Translations under genes and position numbers: made by a program
Shown: positions 9,626 to 17,840 of the stretch, piece after piece
Layout: each line of letters opens with the position of its first letter
Position numbering within the stretch: the first letter of the stretch is position 1
The notes under the pieces: model-generated
Told to the model about the DNA's origin: nothing
Databases searched by the model: none
The model's input: the letters and a program-made list of their open reading frames with translations, nothing else
Origin: Oscillospiraceae bacterium
GTDB lineage: Bacteria; Bacillota; Clostridia; Oscillospirales; Oscillospiraceae
Assembly (NCBI GenBank): GCA_017445985.1
Contig: JAFSRS010000008.1
Location: forward strand, 1-63,045
DNA length: 63,045 nt
Reading direction: 5' to 3'

Positions 9626-10501
9626 ATGGACGAGCGGCAATACCAGAAGCTGGCGATCCAGTGGTTCCCGGGGCACATGACAAAAGCCCAGCGGGACATG
9701 AAGGAGAGCATGAAGCTCGTGGACGCTGTCTGCGAGGTGCTCGACGCCCGCATCCCCAATTCCAGCCGGAACCCGGACGTGGCGGAGCTGGCAGGGGAGA
9801 AGCCCCGGCTGCTGCTGCTGAACCGCTGCGACCTGGCGGACCCGGCGGTCACGGCCCGCTGGCGCATATACTTCCGCGAGCTGGGCCTGCAGGTCCTGGA
9901 GACCGACGCCCGGAGCGGAAAGGGCGTGCGTGAGCTGCCAAACGCGCTGCGGACGCTGTTGAAGGACACCCTCGCCGCCCGCGCGGAGAAGGGGCAGGGG
10001 AGCCGCCCGCTGCGGGCCATGGTGGTCGGCGTGCCGAACGTCGGCAAGAGCACCCTGATCAACCGTCTGGCGGGCCGCAAGGCCGCCGTCGCCGGGGACA
10101 AGCCCGGCGTCACACGCGGAAAGCAGTGGATCCGCATCGACGCGGGGCTGGAGCTGCTGGACACCCCCGGCATCCTCTGGCCGAAATTCGAGTCCCAGGC
10201 GGTGGGAGAGGCCCTGGCCCTCACTCGGGCCATCAAGACCGAGGTCTTTGACCAGGAGGCCCTGGCCGTGAATTTTCTGGTCCGGCTGCGGGAAACACGC
10301 CCGGAATTGATCCGGGAGCGATACAAATTCGACCCGGACCCGGAGCTGAACGGCTACGAGCTGCTGGAACAGACCGCGAAAAAGCGAGGCATGCTGATCT
10401 CCGGCGGCGAGCCGAACACGGAGCGCATGGCCGCCGCGCTGCTGAACGAGTACCATGAAGGAAAATTGGGCAGAATCAGCCTGGAAACGCCAAATCAGTG
10501 A
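9626..10501 (+). CDS. rbgA: ribosome biogenesis GTPase A (YlqF/RbgA)
   Basis: IQWFPGHM start motif. Circularly permuted GTPase motifs NRCDL ... GVPNVGKST ... DTPGI. Confidence 0.93.
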   Translation: MDERQYQKLAIQWFPGHMTKAQRDMKESMKLVDAVCEVLDARIPNSSRNPDVAELAGEKPRLLLLNRCDLADPAVTARWRIYFRELGLQVLETDARSGKGVRELPNALRTLLKDTLAARAEKGQGSRPLRAMVVGVPNVGKSTLINRLAGRKAAVAGDKPGVTRGKQWIRIDAGLELLDTPGILWPKFESQAVGEALALTRAIKTEVFDQEALAVNFLVRLRETRPELIRERYKFDPDPELNGYELLEQTAKKRGMLISGGEPNTERMAAALLNEYHEGKLGRISLETPNQ

Positions 10502-10610
10502 ATAGTGAATAGTTAATAGTGAATAGTTGAGGGATCGCCTTCGGCGATAAATTTAAAATAGTCGCTAAGCGATCCCACAACTATTCGCTAACCGCTAATC
10601 ACTATTCGCT
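10499..10610. repeat. palindromic intergenic element: 4+4 heptamer units (TGAATAG class) flanking a two-mini-hairpin core
   Basis: TGAATAG TGAATAG TTAATAG TGAATAG at 10499-10526. Core GGGATCGCC-TTC-GGCGAT / AAATTTAAAATA / GTCGC-TAA-GCGAT. Complementary units CTATTCG CTAACCG CTAATCA CTATTCG at 10581-10608. Confidence 0.85.
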
Positions 10611-10630
10611 CTGACAAGAGGAACGGAACG

Positions 10631-11212
10631 ATGGATTGGACGACTGAACAAGACCTGCCGCCCCTGACCTGCGGCGTGGACGAGGCTGGCCGCGGTCCCC
10701 TGGCCGGGCCGGTGTGCGCGGCGGCGGTGATCCTGCCGCGGGGGCTGATGATCGCGGGATTGGACGACTCCAAGAAGCTGACGGAAAAACGGCGTGAGGC
10801 GCTGTTCGACGAGATCGTGGAGGGGGCCGCCAGCTTTGGGATCGCCTTTGCCACGGTGGAGGAGATCGAGGCGCTGAACATCCTGAACGCCACCTATCTG
10901 GCGATGAACCGGGCGATCGCGCTGCTGGACCCGCAGCCGGAGCTGGCGCTGATCGACGGCAACCGGAACGCCGGGATCGAGCTTGCGAGCCGCTGCGTCG
11001 TCCATGGGGACAGCCTCTGTCCCTCCATCGCCGCCGCGTCGATCCTCGCCAAGGTGACGAGGGACCGCTATATGATGGATCAGGCGGAGCTTTATCCGGG
11101 CTATGGCTTCGAGCGGCACAAGGGCTACGGCACCGCGGCCCACTACGCCGCGATCCGGGAAAAAGGTCCCAGCCCGATCCACCGCATGAGCTTTTTGAAG
11201 AAGCTCCATTGA
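10631..11212 (+). CDS. rnhB: ribonuclease HII
   Basis: [14 protein letters not shown] catalytic motif, [18 protein letters not shown]. Confidence 0.95.
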   Translation: MDWTTEQDLPPLTCGVDEAGRGPLAGPVCAAAVILPRGLMIAGLDDSKKLTEKRREALFDEIVEGAASFGIAFATVEEIEALNILNATYLAMNRAIALLDPQPELALIDGNRNAGIELASRCVVHGDSLCPSIAAASILAKVTRDRYMMDQAELYPGYGFERHKGYGTAAHYAAIREKGPSPIHRMSFLKKLH

Positions 11213-11213
11213 C

Positions 11214-11585
11214 ATGAACGGCGCGGAAAAGAAGCTGATCGGCCGCCGGGGCGAGCTGCTGGCGGCGGAGTATTTGAAAAACAAGCGTTATCAGATCGTC
11301 GGGATGAACTATTCCTGCCGCCTCGGGGAGCTGGACGTGATCGCCGAGAATCGGGACTACGTCGCCTTCGTCGAGGTCAAGACCCGCAAAAACGCGGATT
11401 TCGCAAAGGCGCGGGAGGCGGTCACGCCGTCCAAGCAGCGCCGCCTGATTGCCGCGGCCCAGCTCTGGCTCCAGCAGAACCCGACGGACAAGCAGCCGCG
11501 CTTCGACGTGATCGAGGTCTACACCGAAGAGGGCCCCAAGCCGCGCTTCGTCCACCTGGAAAACGCCTTCGGCACGGACTGGTGA
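11214..11585 (+). CDS. YraN family endonuclease-like protein (UPF0102)
   Basis: GELLAAEYLKNKRYQIV..N....GELDVIA......FVEVKTR pattern typical of UPF0102. Confidence 0.9.
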   Translation: MNGAEKKLIGRRGELLAAEYLKNKRYQIVGMNYSCRLGELDVIAENRDYVAFVEVKTRKNADFAKAREAVTPSKQRRLIAAAQLWLQQNPTDKQPRFDVIEVYTEEGPKPRFVHLENAFGTDW

Positions 11586-11590
11586 CGGCA

Positions 11591-11627
11591 CTGCGGCGCT
11601 GAACGCCAGGCCTGGCGCAGTTTTTTT
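11591..11627 (+). terminator. probable intrinsic terminator after yraN
   Basis: GC-rich palindromic stretch (CTGCGGCGCTGAACGCCAGGCCTGGCGCAG) followed by T7. Confidence 0.55.
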
Positions 11628-11647
11628 GGATGAACCTATGGTTTTCC

Positions 11648-11842
11648 GTAGGGACGGCATTTTGCCGTCCGCTTACCCGACGCGCTCCGTAGGGCGCGAT
11701 GCCCACATCGCGCCGCCGCCCCGCGCATAGCGCGGGACGGAATGAGAGGTCGAAATGCGTCGGAACGCGGAGCAATCAGGGGGATCGCTCCCTACGGTGT
11801 CGGTGGAGATCGTTCCGGCGGACGGCTGAGAGCCGTCCCTAC
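11648..11842. repeat. GTAGGG...CCCTAC-ended composite hairpin element
   Basis: Outer ends GTAGGGACGGC / GCCGTCCCTAC, each part of a GACGGC-loop-GCCGTC hairpin. Inner pair GTAGGGCGCGAT / ATCGCTCCCTAC. Further GC hairpins lie between. Confidence 0.75.
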
Positions 11843-11894
11843 AATTGAACGAATCACATACGTAACCGCAAACTTCTAAAAGGAGATGCCATCC

Positions 11895-13367
11895 ATGAAG
11901 TATTTCAGCACGAGAAATGAGAAATTGCGCGTCAGCGCGGCGGAGGCCATCGCGACGGGCCTGGCCCCGGACGGCGGTTTGTTCGTCCCGGAATCCATCC
12001 CCACCGTCAGCGGCGAGGAGCTGCGCGCGCTTTTGAGCATGGACTACCGCGCCCGCGCCGTGAATATCATGAGCCGCTTCCTCGACGAGTTCACCGCCGA
12101 GGAGCTGCGCGGGATCGTGGACGCGGCCTACGGCGACAACTTCGACGATCCCGCCGTCGCGCCGCTGCGGAAGCTCGACGATTCCACCGCCTATCTGGAG
12201 CTCTGGCACGGCCCGACCTGCGCCTTCAAGGACATGGCGCTCCAGATCCTGCCCCTGCTGCTGACCGCCAGCCTCCGCAAGACTGGCGAGGACCGCGGCG
12301 TCTGCATCCTGGTCGCCACCTCCGGCGACACCGGCAAGGCGGCGCTCGAGGGCTTCCGCGACGTGGACGGCACCCGCATCTTCGTCTTTTACCCGGACGG
12401 CGGCGTGTCCCGCATCCAGCGCCTGCAGATGGTGACCCAGGCCGGGCAGAACGTCGGCGTCTGCGCCGTGCGCGGCAATTTCGACGACGCGCAGACCGGC
12501 GTCAAGCGCATCTTCGGCGACGCGGACTTCGCCAAAACCCTCTCGGAGCGCGGCTGGTTCCTGTCCTCCGCCAACTCCATCAACTGGGGCCGCCTGCTGC
12601 CGCAGATCGTCTATTACTTCTCCGCCTATCTGGATCACGTCAAGCAGGGTGGGATCGAGCTGGGCGACAGGCTGAACTTCTGCGTCCCCACCGGAAACTT
12701 CGGCAACATCCTCGCGGGCTATTACGCGAAGCGCATGGGCCTGCCCGTAGGCCGTTTCCTCTGCGCGTCCAACGCGAACAACGTGCTGACCGAGTTCCTG
12801 GAGACAGGCGTCTACAACAAGAACCGGCCCTTCCACACCACCGCGTCCCCGAGCATGGACATCCTTGTCAGCAGCAACCTCGAGCGTCTGCTCTACCTGC
12901 TGACCGGGGAAGAAAAGACCCGCGACTATATGGCGAAGCTGAACGCGGAGGGACGGTACGCCGTCGGCGCTGACACGCTGGAGAAGCTGAAAGAGACCTT
13001 CTCCGCGGGTTTCTGCGACGATCCCGCGACGCTGGACACCATCGGAAAGGTGTTCCAGGAGCACGGCTATCTGATGGATACCCACACCGCCGTCGCCGCC
13101 AAGGTTCTCGCCGATTACCGGGCAAAGACCGGGGATAGAACGAATACCGTCGTGGTCTCCACCGCCAGCCCCTTCAAGTTCGCCGCCGACGTGCTCCGCG
13201 CGCTGGACCAGCCCGCCGCCGACGAGCCGCTGAGCGCCCTCGCCGCCGTCGGCGGCATGCCCGTCCCGAAGCCTCTGAGCGGGCTGGACGAGCGCACCGT
13301 CCGCTTCCCCGAGGTCGCGGAGAAGGCCGACATGCGCGCGGTGGTCGATGGTTTTTTGGCAAAATGA
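11895..13367 (+). CDS. thrC: threonine synthase
   Basis: MKYFSTRNE N-terminus. PLP-lysine motif TCAFKDMALQ. AAGGAG sits 9 nt before ATG 11895; the ATG at 11886 abuts the RBS. Confidence 0.92.
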   Translation: MKYFSTRNEKLRVSAAEAIATGLAPDGGLFVPESIPTVSGEELRALLSMDYRARAVNIMSRFLDEFTAEELRGIVDAAYGDNFDDPAVAPLRKLDDSTAYLELWHGPTCAFKDMALQILPLLLTASLRKTGEDRGVCILVATSGDTGKAALEGFRDVDGTRIFVFYPDGGVSRIQRLQMVTQAGQNVGVCAVRGNFDDAQTGVKRIFGDADFAKTLSERGWFLSSANSINWGRLLPQIVYYFSAYLDHVKQGGIELGDRLNFCVPTGNFGNILAGYYAKRMGLPVGRFLCASNANNVLTEFLETGVYNKNRPFHTTASPSMDILVSSNLERLLYLLTGEEKTRDYMAKLNAEGRYAVGADTLEKLKETFSAGFCDDPATLDTIGKVFQEHGYLMDTHTAVAAKVLADYRAKTGDRTNTVVVSTASPFKFAADVLRALDQPAADEPLSALAAVGGMPVPKPLSGLDERTVRFPEVAEKADMRAVVDGFLAK

Positions 13368-13371
13368 CGCT

Positions 13372-13452
13372 GTAGGGGCCGCCGCCCTCGGCAGCCCGTA
13401 TTCCCGTTTGCCCTCGGCGAACGGGCGGGCGGCTCAGGGGAGCCGCCCCTAC
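13372..13452. repeat. GTAGGGG...CCCCTAC inverted-repeat element
   Basis: GTAGGGGCCGCCGCCCTCGGC at the left end, identical over 21 nt to the reverse complement of the right end of the 33732-33838 copy. Right end GCCGCCCCTAC. Confidence 0.75.
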
Positions 13453-13481
13453 GCGATCGCAATGACCCGGGAGGTGAAGGT

Positions 13482-14168
13482 ATGAGCCTCTACGCGATCG
13501 GCGACACCCACCTGGCGTTGGGCTGCGACAAGCGGATGGACGTGTTCGGCGGGCGCTGGGAGAACTACGTTGAGAAGCTGCGGGAGGGTTTTTCCACCTT
13601 GAAGCCGGAGGACCTGACCGTGCTCTGCGGCGATCTGAGCTGGGGCATGAGCCTCGCCCAGGCGCGGGAAGATTTCCGATTCCTGCACGAGCTGCCGGGC
13701 CGCAAGCTGATCGTCAAGGGCAACCACGACTACTGGTGGACCACCGCGACCCAGGCCTATCGCTTTTTTGCCGAAAACGGGATCGATACGCTGGACGTTT
13801 TAAATAACAACTGCTGGTTCTACGGCGACGTGGCCCTCTGCGGGACCCGGGGCTGGTTCTACGAGGAGGCCCGGGGCGACGAGCACGACAAAAAGATGCT
13901 GTCCCGGGAGGTCCTCAGGCTGGAGACCAGCCTGAAGGCGGCGGGGGAGCGGGAGAAGTACGTCTTTCTCCACTACCCGCCCAAGCTCCGAAACTATGAG
14001 TGCACGGAGCTGCTCGACCTGATGGCCGCCTACGGCGTCACGCGCTGCTGCTACGGACACCTGCACGGCGGCGGGCGGGCGCTGGCCTACGAGGGGGAAT
14101 ACCGGGGCATCCGCTTCGATCTCGTCAGCGCCGACCAGCTCAGCTTTATCCCGCTGCGGCTGCTGTAA
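13482..14168 (+). CDS. metallophosphoesterase family protein
   Basis: GDTH, GDLS, GNHD and GHLH metal-binding motifs in the canonical order. Confidence 0.85.
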   Translation: MSLYAIGDTHLALGCDKRMDVFGGRWENYVEKLREGFSTLKPEDLTVLCGDLSWGMSLAQAREDFRFLHELPGRKLIVKGNHDYWWTTATQAYRFFAENGIDTLDVLNNNCWFYGDVALCGTRGWFYEEARGDEHDKKMLSREVLRLETSLKAAGEREKYVFLHYPPKLRNYECTELLDLMAAYGVTRCCYGHLHGGGRALAYEGEYRGIRFDLVSADQLSFIPLRLL

Positions 14169-14189
14169 CGCGCCGCGGAAAATAATGTT

Positions 14190-14218
14190 TGCATTTTCCA
14201 GTTTACTCTGATATACTA
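14190..14218 (+). promoter_or_regulatory. sigma-A-type promoter candidate for tig
   Basis: TTGCAT (14190-14195), 17-nt spacer, TATACT (14213-14218). Confidence 0.5.
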
Positions 14219-14293
14219 TACTGCGCTGTTTTATCAGAACAAGCATCCAATAGAGAAAGTCAGCCACGCTGATGGAATATGAGGAGGAACCCC

Positions 14294-15643
14294 ATGGACA
14301 CCAAGAACATCGAGAGAAAAGACGGCAAGCTCAGCTTTCAGGTCGAGGTCGACCCCGCCCGCTTTGAGCAGGAGATCAACAAGGCTTACCTGAAAAACCG
14401 GAAGAGCATCATGATCCCCGGCTTCCGCAAGGGCAAGGCCCCGCGCAAGCTGATCGAGAGCATGTACGGCGAGGGCATCTTCTATGAAGACGCGATGGAG
14501 GGCATCGCGCTGGAGTGCTTCCAGGCCGGTCTGGCGGAAGCCGGCGACCGCACGGTCGGCGACCCCGCGATCACCGATTATCAGGTCGGCGACGACAAGG
14601 GCCTGACCATCCGCTTCGAGATCGACCTCTATCCCGAGGTGACCCTGGGTGAATACAAGGGCCTGAGCGCCTACAAGCCGCCCGTCGAGGTAACGGACGC
14701 GCAGGTGGACGCCGAGCTGGAATCCATCCGCAAGCGCAACGCCCGCATCGTCTCCGTCGAGCGCGAGGCGCAGAACGGCGACACCGTCATCATCGACTTC
14801 GAGGGCTTCCTGAACGGCAAGGCCTTCGACGGCGGCAAGGGCAAGGACCACAAGCTGAAGCTCGGCTCCGGCAGCTTCGTCCCCGGCTTCGAGGACGGCC
14901 TGGTCGGTGTGAAGGCCGGCGAGAGCCGCGATCTGCCCATCACCTTCCCGCAGGACTACGTGGAGGATCTGGCCGGTAAGGACGTGATCTTCAAGGTCCA
15001 GGTCAAGGAGGTCCAGGAGGAGCAGCTCGCCGAGCTGGACGACGATTTCGCCCAGGACGTCAGCGAGTTCGACACCCTGGCCGAGTACAAGGAGTCCATC
15101 CGCGCCGACCTGACGAAGAAGGCCGAGGAGAAGAGCCTGACCGCCTTCCGCACCGCGCTGCAGGCCAAGGCCGCCGAGGGCGCCGAGGTCAAGATCCCCG
15201 CCGTGATGACCGACCGCCGCGTGGACGGCATCGTGGAGGAGTACTCCCGCACCATGAGCATGCAGGGCTACACCCTGGATCAGTACCTGGCGATGATGAA
15301 CATGAACGAGGCGGGCTTCCGTCAGTTCATGCGTCCCGCCGCCACGGAGGAGATCAAGGGCGAGCTGGTCCTGGAGAAGATCGCCGAGGTCGAGGGCATC
15401 CAGCCCACCGAGGAGGAGATCGAGGAGGAGTACAAGAAGTCCGCCGAGCGCTACGGCATGGAGCTGGACTACCTCAAGAGCGTCCTGAAGCGCGAGCTGG
15501 TCGTCGGCCAGCTCACCCGCGAGAAGGCCGGTGAGTTCCTCGTCGCCAACGGCATCGCCACCGACAAGGAAGAGGAGAAGGGCGAGGAGCCCGCCGCTGA
15601 GACCGAGGCGAAGCCGGAAGCCGAGGCGGAAGTTACCGAGTGA
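14294..15643 (+). CDS. tig: trigger factor
   Basis: GFRKGKAPR ribosome-binding signature, FKBP-type PPIase core, acidic C-terminal tail. AGGAGG RBS before ATG 14294. Confidence 0.95.
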   Translation: MDTKNIERKDGKLSFQVEVDPARFEQEINKAYLKNRKSIMIPGFRKGKAPRKLIESMYGEGIFYEDAMEGIALECFQAGLAEAGDRTVGDPAITDYQVGDDKGLTIRFEIDLYPEVTLGEYKGLSAYKPPVEVTDAQVDAELESIRKRNARIVSVEREAQNGDTVIIDFEGFLNGKAFDGGKGKDHKLKLGSGSFVPGFEDGLVGVKAGESRDLPITFPQDYVEDLAGKDVIFKVQVKEVQEEQLAELDDDFAQDVSEFDTLAEYKESIRADLTKKAEEKSLTAFRTALQAKAAEGAEVKIPAVMTDRRVDGIVEEYSRTMSMQGYTLDQYLAMMNMNEAGFRQFMRPAATEEIKGELVLEKIAEVEGIQPTEEEIEEEYKKSAERYGMELDYLKSVLKRELVVGQLTREKAGEFLVANGIATDKEEEKGEEPAAETEAKPEAEAEVTE

Positions 15644-15669
15644 ATAGGGAATAGTTGAGGTTGAATACT
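15641..15669 (+). repeat. four heptamer units filling the tig-clpP spacer
   Basis: TGAATAG GGAATAG TTGAGGT TGAATAC. The tig stop TGA is the first 3 nt, and the clpP ATG follows 1 nt after unit 4. Confidence 0.6.
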
Positions 15670-16251
15670 ATGAGTTTAGTCCCGTATGTCGTGGAGCAGA
15701 CCAGCCGCGGGGAGCGGTCCTATGACATTTTCTCCCGCCTGCTGAATGACCGGATCGTGATGCTCAGCGAGGAGATCAACGACGTGACCGCCAGCCTGAT
15801 CGTGGCCCAGCTCCTGTACCTGGAGGCCCAGGACCCCGACAAGGACATCCAGTTCTACATCAACTCCCCCGGCGGCAGCATCACCAGCGGCATGGCAATC
15901 TATGACACCATGCAGTATATCAAGTGCGACGTGAGCACGATCTGCATCGGCATGGCGGCCAGCATGGGCGCGTTCCTGCTGTCGAGCGGCGCGAAGGGCA
16001 AGCGCATCGCCCTGCCCAACGCGGAGATCATGATCCACCAGCCCCTGGGCGGTTTCCAGGGCCAGGCGACGGACATCGAGATCCACGCCCAGCGCATTTT
16101 GCAGATCAAGGAAAAGCTGAACGGCATCCTGGCCGAGAACACCGGCAAGCCCATCGAGATCATCCGGGCCGATACCGAGCGCGACAACTTCATGACCGCG
16201 GAGCAGGCGAAGGACTACGGCCTGATCGACAAGGTCATTTTCCACCGCTGA
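15670..16251 (+). CDS. clpP: ATP-dependent Clp protease proteolytic subunit
   Basis: GMAASMGA (catalytic Ser) and MIHQPLGG (His). Typical N-terminus [22 protein letters not shown]. Confidence 0.97.
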   Translation: MSLVPYVVEQTSRGERSYDIFSRLLNDRIVMLSEEINDVTASLIVAQLLYLEAQDPDKDIQFYINSPGGSITSGMAIYDTMQYIKCDVSTICIGMAASMGAFLLSSGAKGKRIALPNAEIMIHQPLGGFQGQATDIEIHAQRILQIKEKLNGILAENTGKPIEIIRADTERDNFMTAEQAKDYGLIDKVIFHR

Positions 16252-16271
16252 GCGCGGTATGATGCAGAACA

Positions 16272-16444
16272 GACAAGGGACGCGCCAAGCGTCCCTTGCG
16301 AGACTGTCGACAAAGTCGACAGTCTCGAATGATTTGAACGTCAAGGGGGACTCCCGTCCCCCTTAACAATCCCCCTTGCGAGTTTTTCGCTTGGAAAAAC
16401 CATTTGTCTACAGTCTGACAAGGGACGCGCCAAGCGTCCCTTGC
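16272..16444. repeat. structured clpP-clpX spacer: 28-bp perfect direct repeat pair bracketing hairpins
   Basis: GACAAGGGACGCGCCAAGCGTCCCTTGC at 16272-16299 and 16417-16444. 12-bp perfect hairpin GAGACTGTCGAC-AAA-GTCGACAGTCTC at 16300-16326. AAGGGGGA-CTCCCG-TCCCCCTT at 16343-16364. Confidence 0.85.
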
Positions 16445-16487
16445 CTGTATCAGTAATATGAAGATTTGAAAAGGAAATCCGACGATT

Positions 16488-17747
16488 ATGGCAAGAAATG
16501 ACGGTGGCAAGCCCACCATCCGCTGCTCCTTCTGCGGCAAGCCCCAGGCGGAGGTCAACCGGCTGATCGCCGGAAACGGCGCGTATATCTGCGACGACTG
16601 CGTGCGGCTGTGCATGGGGATCGTGGACGAGAACTATATGGGGGAGAACTATCCCGGGGCCTCCCACGGAGATCCATCGGACATGCTGCCCTCCGACCTG
16701 CCCAAGCCCACCGAGATCCGCGCGGTGCTCGACGACTACATCGTCGGCCAGGAGCGGGCGAAGGTGGCGCTGTCCGTGGCGGTCTACAACCACTATAAGC
16801 GCATCTTCCATGGCTTCCAGGACAGCGATGTGCAGCTCCAGAAGAGCAACATCCTGCTGATCGGCCCGACGGGCAGCGGCAAGACCCTCTTCGCGCAGAC
16901 CATGGCGAAGCTGCTGGACGTGCCCTTTGCGATCGCGGACGCGACGACCCTGACCGAAGCCGGCTACGTGGGCGAGGACGTGGAAAACATCCTGCTGCGC
17001 CTTCTGCAGGCGGCGGACTTCGACGTGGCGGCGGCGGAGCGCGGCATCATCTATATCGACGAGCTGGACAAGATCAGCCGCAAGAGCGAGAACACCTCGA
17101 TCACCCGCGACGTGTCCGGCGAGGGCGTCCAGCAGGCGCTTCTGAAGATCCTGGAGGGGACCGTCGCCTCCGTCCCGCCCCAGGGTGGGCGCAAGCACCC
17201 TCATCAGGAATTCATCCACATCGACACGACCAACATCATGTTCATCTGCGGCGGCGCCTTCGACGGGATCGAGAAGATCATCGAACAGCGCCTGGACCGC
17301 AAGAGCATGGGCTTCGGCGCGGAGATCAAGAGCGCGAAGGACCGCAACGTGGGCGAGATCATGCAGCACGTGCAGCAGCACGACATCCTCCGCTTCGGCA
17401 TCATCCCGGAGCTGATCGGCCGCCTGCCGGTGATCTGCCCGCTCAACTCCCTGAGCCGGGAGGACCTGGTCCACATCCTGACCGAGCCGAAGAACGCGCT
17501 GACGAAGCAGTACAAGGCCCTGATGGAGATGGACAACGTGGAGCTGGTTTTCGAGGCCGAGGCCCTGGGCGCGATCGCGGACAAGGCCATCGCGATGGAG
17601 ATCGGCGCGCGCGGCCTGCGCAGCGTGATGGAGAACGTCATGACCCGCGTCATGTACGAGGTCCCCAGCGACCCGCGCATCCGCAAGGTCATCATCACCG
17701 CCGACTGCATCCGGAACGGCACCGAGCCGGAAATCATTCGCAATTAA
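16488..17747 (+). CDS. clpX: ATP-dependent Clp protease ATP-binding subunit ClpX
   Basis: N-terminal zinc ribbon CSFCGK...CDDC, Walker A GPTGSGKT, Walker [10 protein letters not shown]. Confidence 0.97.
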   Translation: MARNDGGKPTIRCSFCGKPQAEVNRLIAGNGAYICDDCVRLCMGIVDENYMGENYPGASHGDPSDMLPSDLPKPTEIRAVLDDYIVGQERAKVALSVAVYNHYKRIFHGFQDSDVQLQKSNILLIGPTGSGKTLFAQTMAKLLDVPFAIADATTLTEAGYVGEDVENILLRLLQAADFDVAAAERGIIYIDELDKISRKSENTSITRDVSGEGVQQALLKILEGTVASVPPQGGRKHPHQEFIHIDTTNIMFICGGAFDGIEKIIEQRLDRKSMGFGAEIKSAKDRNVGEIMQHVQQHDILRFGIIPELIGRLPVICPLNSLSREDLVHILTEPKNALTKQYKALMEMDNVELVFEAEALGAIADKAIAMEIGARGLRSVMENVMTRVMYEVPSDPRIRKVIITADCIRNGTEPEIIRN

Positions 17748-17748
17748 A

Positions 17749-17829
17749 GGGATAAGGGAAAAGGGATAAGGGATAAGGCAGCGTTCCCATCCGCACTCCT
17801 TTTCCCTTATCCCTTATCCCTTTTCCCTT
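17749..17829. repeat. heptamer hairpin (GGGATAA class) between clpX and lon
   Basis: GGGATAA GGGAAAA GGGATAA GGGATAA at 17749-17776. 19-nt loop. TTTTCCC TTATCCC TTATCCC TTTTCCC at 17800-17827. The lon RBS GGAGG abuts the right arm. Confidence 0.85.
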
Positions 17830-17840
17830 GGAGGTACCCT

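Noticed and set aside
11586-11894. T-box or riboswitch leader upstream of thrC
   Set aside because: I could not find the T-box consensus (AGGGTGGNACCGCG-like) or a specifier-loop arrangement. The structure is explained by the GTAGGG-type repeat hairpins that also occur in other contexts.
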